A stretch of 64,000 bases of DNA. Source: an uncultured Acidobacteriaceae bacterium. GTDB lineage: Bacteria > Acidobacteriota > Terriglobia > Terriglobales > Acidobacteriaceae. Positions 58,227-64,000 of this stretch are shown here, piece by piece. The stretch lies in NCBI GenBank assembly GCA_964249715.1, contig CAXUDN010000002.1, forward strand, positions 14,801 through 78,800. The letters run 5' to 3'. Within the stretch, counting starts at the first letter, position 1; each line of letters starts with the position of its first letter. The position numbers were made by a program, and so were the translations under genes. The notes under the pieces are model-generated. The model was given only the letters and a program-made list of their open reading frames with translations. It had not been told where the DNA came from and did no database searches.

Positions 58227-58841
58227 ATGGCGTTTGAACTTCCTCCCCTGCCCTACGATTACGCTGCCCTTGAGCCGCACATCGATGAAGCAACCATGAA
58301 GCTGCACCACGACAAGCATCACCAGACCTACGTCACCAATCTCAATGGCGCCGTCGAAAAACACCCCGACCTCGGCAAGAAAACCCCGGAAGAGTTGTTG
58401 AAAGACCTCGCGGGTGTGCCGGAAGAGGTTCGCACCATCGTCCGCAACAACGGTGGCGGTCACGTCAACCACACCATGTTCTGGCAGATCATGAAGCCGG
58501 GCGGCGGTGGCGATCCCATAGGCGCGATCTCAAGCCAGATCGGAGAGGATTTCGGCACCTTCGACGCTTTCAAAAAGCAGTTCAATGAAGCTGCTGCCAA
58601 GCAGTTCGGCTCCGGCTGGGGATGGCTCGTGTACCGCGGCGGCAAGCTCGAAATCATCACCACCCCCAATCAGGACAGCCCCTTGATGCAGGGCCTCTTT
58701 CCCATCCTCGGCAACGACGTCTGGGAACACGCCTACTACCTCAAGTACAACAACCGCCGCCCCGATTACCTGGCCGCCTGGTGGAACACCGTGAACTGGG
58801 AAGAGGTCAATAAGCGTTTCGAACAGGCAAAAAAGGTTTGA
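58227..58841 (+). CDS. sodA: Superoxide dismutase, probably Mn type
   Basis: [15 protein letters not shown] (Mn-type GGG), FGSGW, NQD and DVWEHAYY motifs. Confidence 0.93.
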   Translation: MAFELPPLPYDYAALEPHIDEATMKLHHDKHHQTYVTNLNGAVEKHPDLGKKTPEELLKDLAGVPEEVRTIVRNNGGGHVNHTMFWQIMKPGGGGDPIGAISSQIGEDFGTFDAFKKQFNEAAAKQFGSGWGWLVYRGGKLEIITTPNQDSPLMQGLFPILGNDVWEHAYYLKYNNRRPDYLAAWWNTVNWEEVNKRFEQAKKV

Positions 58842-58867
58842 TCTTTTTCTAAAATATCGAAGCAAAG

Positions 58868-58898
58868 AGGAGGCGTTTATCGCGCCTCCTTTTCCTTT
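58868..58898 (+). terminator. Intrinsic terminator of sodA
   Basis: AGGAGGCG-TTTATCG-CGCCTCCT followed by TTTCCTTT. Confidence 0.75.
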
Positions 58899-58989
58899 AT
58901 CGTCGCGGGCCTCGCCACGCGGAAGAGTCCTGAGACTTGCTTCCTGCGTCATATCAGTAACCGATCGCAAGTTCGTTTGAGGCCCTTGC

Positions 58990-61900
58990 ATGTGGATTGT
59001 CCGGCTGGCCCTGCGCCGCCCTTACACCTTCGTCGTTCTTTGCATGCTAATTGCCCTGCTGGGCATCGGCTGCGCTCTGGAAACGCCGAAAGACATCTTT
59101 CCCAACATCAACATTCCGGTCGTCTCCATCGTCTGGACCTATACCGGACTGACCCCGACGGAGATGGATGGCCGCGTCGTTACGGTGTGCGAGCGCGCGC
59201 TCACCACCACCGTCAACGACATGGAGCACACCGAAAGCCAAAGCTACTCGGGCGTCGCCGTCATCAAGGTCTTCTTTCAGCCGAATGTGCAGGTTGACCT
59301 CGCGCTCGCGCAGGTGACTGCTGTCGTCCAGACCATCCTGCGCGTTCTACCCCCAGGCTCGTTTCCGCCCTTTGTTCTCAAATATGACGCATCCACGGTG
59401 CCGGTTCTTGAACTCGGCCTAAGCGGCCAGGGGCTTAGCGAAGCCGATCTCTACGACGACGGCCTCCAGTTCATCCGTCCCCGTCTTGCCAATGTGAAAG
59501 GTGCCAGCGTACCCCTTCCTTACGGCGGCAAGGTCAAGCAGGTCATGGTCGATACCGACCCGAACCTGATGTTCTCGCATCACCTCTCGGCACAGGACGT
59601 CTCTAGCGCCGTTAACGCCCAGAACCTGATTTTGCCCGCCGGCACCGCCCGCATCGGCGACCGCGAATACATCGTTCGAACCAATTCCAGCCCGGCCGAC
59701 GTGGCTGCCCTGAATGACTTGCCCATTCGCGCCTCCAATGGTGCCGTCGTCTATATCAAGGACGTTGCCGAGGCCCACATGGGCTTTGCCGAACAGACCA
59801 ACATCGTCCGCGAAGACGGCCGCCGCTCCGCCCTGCTCACCGTACTTAAGAACGGCGACACCTCGACCCTGGACATCGTCTCCCAAACCAAGCAGATGAT
59901 TCCGCAACTCAGCGCCGGTCTCGGTAGCCTCAAAATCACGCCGCTCTTCGATCAGTCCATCTTCGTCCGTACCTCCATCAGCGAAGTCGTCCGTGAAGCC
60001 TGCATCGCTGCCGCCCTGACCGGCCTGATGATCCTGCTGTTTCTCGGTTCCTGGCGCTCCACGGTCATCGTCTGCATCTCCATTCCGCTCTCGATTGCGA
60101 CCTCCCTGATCATCCTCACCGCCTGCGGTCAGACCATCAACGTCATGACCCTCGGCGGCCTCGCGCTCGCGGTCGGCATCCTGGTCGATGATGCCACCGT
60201 GGAGATCGAAAACACCCACCGCAACATGGCCGAGGGCCTGCCTCTCACCCGCGCCATTCTGCACTCCGCGCAGCAGGTTGCCGCGCCCGCCTTCGTTTCC
60301 ACGCTCAGCATCTGCATCGTGTTCGTGCCGGTCGTCTTGCTCACGGGCGCGGCTAAATACCTCTTTACCCCGCTCGCCATGGCCGTCGTCTTCGCCATGC
60401 TCGCCAGCTACTTTCTCTCGCGCAGCCTCCTGCCCACCATGATGCACTTCATGCTCGGCAGCGAGATCGGCCTCTACCAGGACCCCGGCGAAAGCGAAAA
60501 GGAAGAACGCCGCAGCTTCGTCTGGCGTTGGCACTCCCGCTTCGACCGCCAGTTCGAACGCTTCCAACACGGCTACAAGTCCGTGCTCGCCTGGTGCCTG
60601 GAGAACGCCGGCCTGACCATTCTTCTCTTCGCTCTACTCGTCGTCCTCTCGCTTCCGCTCACCTTCTTCATCGGTCGCGACTTCTTTCCCTACGTCGACT
60701 CCGGTCAGATGAACCTGCATGTCAACCCGCCCCCGGGCCTGCGCCTCGAAGACTCCGAGCAGTACTTCGCCGACGTAGAGCGGGAGATTCGACAGGTTGT
60801 CCCCGCCGAACGCATCCAGCTCATCCTCGACAACATCGGCCTTCCCAACTCCGGCATCAATCTCGCTTTCAGCAGCTCAGCCGTCATCTCCAACACGGAC
60901 GGCGACATCCAGATCGCCCTGAAGCCCGGCAAAAAAGATACGCAGATGTACATGCGTCAACTTCGCGCCGATCTAACCCGGAAGTTCCCCGACGCCACCT
61001 TCTTCTTCACCCCTGCCAACATCACGAACCAGATCCTCGACTTCGGCCTGCCCGCACCCATCGACCTCCAGGTCAGCGGCCACGGCAAAGACAACTACCA
61101 GCTCGCCGCCAAGCTCTCCAAGCAGATCTCTCTTATCCCCGGTGCGGTCGACGTTCACGTCCACCAGCAGGTGCAATACCCCACCATGCTGATCAACGTA
61201 GATCGCAGCAAGGCACAGCAAATCGGCCTGCAGCAGCGCGATGTCGCCAACTCCGCGCTCGTGTCCCTGAGCGGAACCGGCCAGACTGCCCCCAACGAGT
61301 GGCTCAATCCCGCGAACAACGTCAACTACCAGATCGTCACCCAGACCCCCATCTACCGCATCAGTTCCCTGCCGGAGCTCTCGCGTACACCGATCACCTC
61401 GCCCAACGGCAACGCCTCGCAACTGCTTGCGAACCTTGCCAACTTTCGCCGCGATCAATCGCCCATCATCACGGACCACTACAACATTCAGCCGGTCTTT
61501 GACGTCTACGCCGACGTCGATCAACGCGACCTTGGCTCGGTCTCCAACGCGATCGAAAAAATCATGAACGATACCGACAAAACCCTGCCCAAGACCACCA
61601 CTCTGGCCTTGCGCGGTGAAGTCGCAACCATGAACGATTCGTTCCTGCGCCTCGGTCTGGGCATGATCTTCGCCATTCTGCTCGTGTATCTCCTCATGGC
61701 CGTGAACTTCCAGTCCTGGCTCGATCCACTCATCATTCTCATGGCCCTGCCCGGCGCCTTTGCCGGCATTCTCTGGATGCTCTTCGTCACCCAGACCACC
61801 TTCAGCGTGCCCTCCCTGATGGGGGCCATCATGACCGTGGGCGTAGCCACCGCCAATTCCATCCTGATGGTCGTCTTCGCCAATGACGAGCGCCTCGCCG

Positions 61901-62238
61901 GAGCCGACCGCAAGGAAGCCGCCCTGAACGCCGGCCACACCCGCCTTCGTCCCGTCCTCATGACCGCCCTCGCGATGATCATCGGTATGCTGCCCATGGC
62001 GCTGGCCTTCGGCGAAGGCGGCGAACAGAACGCGCCCCTCGGCCGCGCGGTCATCGGCGGCCTCCTTTTCGCCACACTCGGAACCCTCTTCCTCGTGCCC
62101 ACCATCTACTCGCTCCTGAAGAAGGAAGCTCCGGTCGACTTCGCCGAGATTGTGACACGCGAGGCCCCCGACGAGATGAACCCGAACCACAATTTCGCGC
62201 GACCCCGCGCCGGACAACCGCAGGAAGGTACGGCCTGA
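58990..62238 (+). CDS. RND efflux transporter permease (AcrB-like)
   Basis: 1082 aa; DIFPNI, AVGILVDDATVEIEN, RLRPVLMT and PLGRAVIGGL motifs. Confidence 0.95.
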   Translation: MWIVRLALRRPYTFVVLCMLIALLGIGCALETPKDIFPNINIPVVSIVWTYTGLTPTEMDGRVVTVCERALTTTVNDMEHTESQSYSGVAVIKVFFQPNVQVDLALAQVTAVVQTILRVLPPGSFPPFVLKYDASTVPVLELGLSGQGLSEADLYDDGLQFIRPRLANVKGASVPLPYGGKVKQVMVDTDPNLMFSHHLSAQDVSSAVNAQNLILPAGTARIGDREYIVRTNSSPADVAALNDLPIRASNGAVVYIKDVAEAHMGFAEQTNIVREDGRRSALLTVLKNGDTSTLDIVSQTKQMIPQLSAGLGSLKITPLFDQSIFVRTSISEVVREACIAAALTGLMILLFLGSWRSTVIVCISIPLSIATSLIILTACGQTINVMTLGGLALAVGILVDDATVEIENTHRNMAEGLPLTRAILHSAQQVAAPAFVSTLSICIVFVPVVLLTGAAKYLFTPLAMAVVFAMLASYFLSRSLLPTMMHFMLGSEIGLYQDPGESEKEERRSFVWRWHSRFDRQFERFQHGYKSVLAWCLENAGLTILLFALLVVLSLPLTFFIGRDFFPYVDSGQMNLHVNPPPGLRLEDSEQYFADVEREIRQVVPAERIQLILDNIGLPNSGINLAFSSSAVISNTDGDIQIALKPGKKDTQMYMRQLRADLTRKFPDATFFFTPANITNQILDFGLPAPIDLQVSGHGKDNYQLAAKLSKQISLIPGAVDVHVHQQVQYPTMLINVDRSKAQQIGLQQRDVANSALVSLSGTGQTAPNEWLNPANNVNYQIVTQTPIYRISSLPELSRTPITSPNGNASQLLANLANFRRDQSPIITDHYNIQPVFDVYADVDQRDLGSVSNAIEKIMNDTDKTLPKTTTLALRGEVATMNDSFLRLGLGMIFAILLVYLLMAVNFQSWLDPLIILMALPGAFAGILWMLFVTQTTFSVPSLMGAIMTVGVATANSILMVVFANDERLAGADRKEAALNAGHTRLRPVLMTALAMIIGMLPMALAFGEGGEQNAPLGRAVIGGLLFATLGTLFLVPTIYSLLKKEAPVDFAEIVTREAPDEMNPNHNFARPRAGQPQEGTA

Positions 62239-64000
62239 TGCCGCAGAATCCCAACGACCCGATCGACCCCAACAAAAAAAATCTGCCCTGGCCCGAAGAG
62301 AGCGATCCCCGCAACCTCGGTGAGCGTTTTGAACATGCCGCATCTCCCGAAGATCGCGAGCTGGGCAACAGCTTCGAACGCAGTTCCGAGGCCGACCGGA
62401 ATGAGCTCGGCCGCGAGTTCTCCGACCCCAGCTACGCGGAAAATCGCAAACTCGGAGCCAGCTTTGCGGACCCCAATGCGACCGACGACGCACGCCTCGG
62501 CAGGAGCTTCGAAGAAACCGAATCCAGCCGCAAAAAGCCACCCCTTAAAGAGCGCGTCCACCTGCCCCACGCTCCCCAGGGACGCAGCCGCCGCGTCTTC
62601 TGGCTCGTCCTTCTGGCTGCGGCGATTCTCTTCGTTATCGTTCTTTTCGCCGGCTGGCTACCCCGCCACGAGATGAACAAGCACAATGAACAGGAAGCCA
62701 ACCAGCGCCGCGACGCCAAACCGATCGTCGAGGTCGCCAAGGTCATGCGCTCGGGCAGCAGCCCCGGTCTTGTCGTGCCCGGCACCACCCTTCCGCTCAC
62801 CGAGGCCTTCATCTACGCCCGCGCCAACGGCTATCTCACCAAGCGCCTCGTCGACATCGGCGACCATGTCCATAAAGGCCAGCTGCTCGCCATCCTCGAC
62901 GCACCGGACCTCAACGCTTCCGTTGCGCAAGCGCTCCAGCAGCTCCGTCAGGCTCAACAGCAACTCGACCAGCAAAGAGCCCAGCTCGCCCTTGCTACCG
63001 TTACCGTCAACCGCTACCGGGTGCTCGTGGCCAAGGGCGTGTTCTCCCGCCAGGACGGCGATACCCAGGAAACCAACTATGGCTCGCAACTTGCGCTCGT
63101 GGCCGCCGCCCAACGCAACGTCGATGCCTTTCAGGCCAATTACCAACGCAATAAAGCATTACAGGATTTCGAGTACGTACGCGCTCCCTTCACAGGCGTG
63201 ATCACTCAACGCAATGTCGATGTCGGCGCGCTGATCAACTCCTCCGGCACCAGCTCAGGCTCGTCCAGTGGGCCGGCTCCCATGGGCCAGACTTCCACCT
63301 CGGGCGGCACCACAGAGGCTGCCCAGACCAACGGCGGCGGTACCGCCGGTTCCACCAGCGGGGCCGCCACCTCCGCCCAATCCCCCGGCCAGGCCGGCGC
63401 GCTGTTCGCTGTCGCCGACAACACCCGTCTCCGTATTCTCGTCTCTGTTCCCGAGGGGTACACCACCGCCATCCACGTGGGCACCACGGCACAACTTGCC
63501 TTTCAGGAGTTTCCCGACCAGCCCTCCTTCGGCAAGGTCACCCGCACCGCCGACTCCGTGGACCCGAACACCCGCACCGAACTGGTTGAAGTGCAGGTCG
63601 ATAACCGAGGTGGCAAGCTCGTGCCCGGCATGTATGTCGTCACCACGTTCGCCCCTCCGCCCAACCAGCAATCCCCGCTCCTTATCACCGGCGAAGCCAT
63701 CGCCATCCGCAACGACACCTCTACCGTCGCCAAAGTAATTAACGGCAAAATCCAGTACGTGCCCGTGATCCTCGGCCGCGATCTGGGCTCCGCTGTAGAG
63801 ATCATGAGCGGGCTCCACGAAGGTGACTTCATCGTCACCAACATCACCGATGAAGTCCGCGACAACGCCGAGGTCCAGCCACACATGACGAAGGGTCCCA
63901 CGGAGCAGCCCTCTGCGCCCCCGTCACAAAAGACGCCTCCCGGCGGCAGTACGCAATATGGCAATCAGGGCATGACTGACCAGAATCTTCAGGGCAAGCA
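62238..64000 (+). CDS. RND periplasmic adaptor (membrane fusion protein), 3'-truncated by window edge
   Basis: ATG overlaps the RND stop (TGATG); hand translation gives a TM helix then IYARANGYLTKRLVDIGDHVHKGQLLA, RAPFTGVIT and LVPGMY; absent from the ORF track because there is no stop in the window. Confidence 0.92.
   Translation, partial: MPQNPNDPIDPNKKNLPWPEESDPRNLGERFEHAASPEDRELGNSFERSSEADRNELGREFSDPSYAENRKLGASFADPNATDDARLGRSFEETESSRKKPPLKERVHLPHAPQGRSRRVFWLVLLAAAILFVIVLFAGWLPRHEMNKHNEQEANQRRDAKPIVEVAKVMRSGSSPGLVVPGTTLPLTEAFIYARANGYLTKRLVDIGDHVHKGQLLAILDAPDLNASVAQALQQLRQAQQQLDQQRAQLALATVTVNRYRVLVAKGVFSRQDGDTQETNYGSQLALVAAAQRNVDAFQANYQRNKALQDFEYVRAPFTGVITQRNVDVGALINSSGTSSGSSSGPAPMGQTSTSGGTTEAAQTNGGGTAGSTSGAATSAQSPGQAGALFAVADNTRLRILVSVPEGYTTAIHVGTTAQLAFQEFPDQPSFGKVTRTADSVDPNTRTELVEVQVDNRGGKLVPGMYVVTTFAPPPNQQSPLLITGEAIAIRNDTSTVAKVINGKIQYVPVILGRDLGSAVEIMSGLHEGDFIVTNITDEVRDNAEVQPHMTKGPTEQPSAPPSQKTPPGGSTQYGNQGMTDQNLQGK

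Noticed and set aside
1-64000. CRISPR arrays, rRNA, transposases, integrases or prophage genes
   Set aside because: No regularly spaced repeats or such protein motifs seen in the window.

Overview
GC-rich bacterial chromosome segment, most consistent with Acidobacteriota (Terriglobia-like: VWFA-type secreted protein, PEP-CTERM protein, choice-of-anchor-D surface protein, RNase E/G with a very large S1 insertion). Mostly core genes: tonB-exbB-exbD, tgt-(secreted protein)-yajC-secD-secF, an ECF sigma/anti-sigma/DUF4252-like triad, two GT-C glycosyltransferases, mrdA-rodA-rne interrupted by an antisense vapBC cassette with a frameshifted toxin, a DinG/YoaA helicase, queD-queE, recG, mreC-mreD (21 kb from mrdA and on the opposite strand), der, a GH15 glucoamylase, sodA and an RND pump whose adaptor is cut by the window edge. 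A small accessory-looking stretch (about 33.4-39.2 kb) abuts the 3' end of a tRNA-Cys. The best candidate for an undescribed system is at 39.2-40.3 kb on the minus strand. An unannotated 25-codon poly-cysteine leader ORF (MLSSSSIPTRCLCRCCCCGLAGVSG) sits in a hand-foldable 1:2 / 2:3 / 3:4 attenuator upstream of a 1-Cys peroxiredoxin, which is followed 15 nt later by a tRNA-Cys(GCA) with an atypical acceptor stem. This reads as a putative cysteine-sensing attenuation module. Other notable items are an internal C-terminal lipobox that splits an Ig-like domain, a REP/RPE-like palindrome read in frame inside the DinG helicase, and five exact-period 15-aa repeats on the RND adaptor. All calls are by eye; no searches or folding programs were run.
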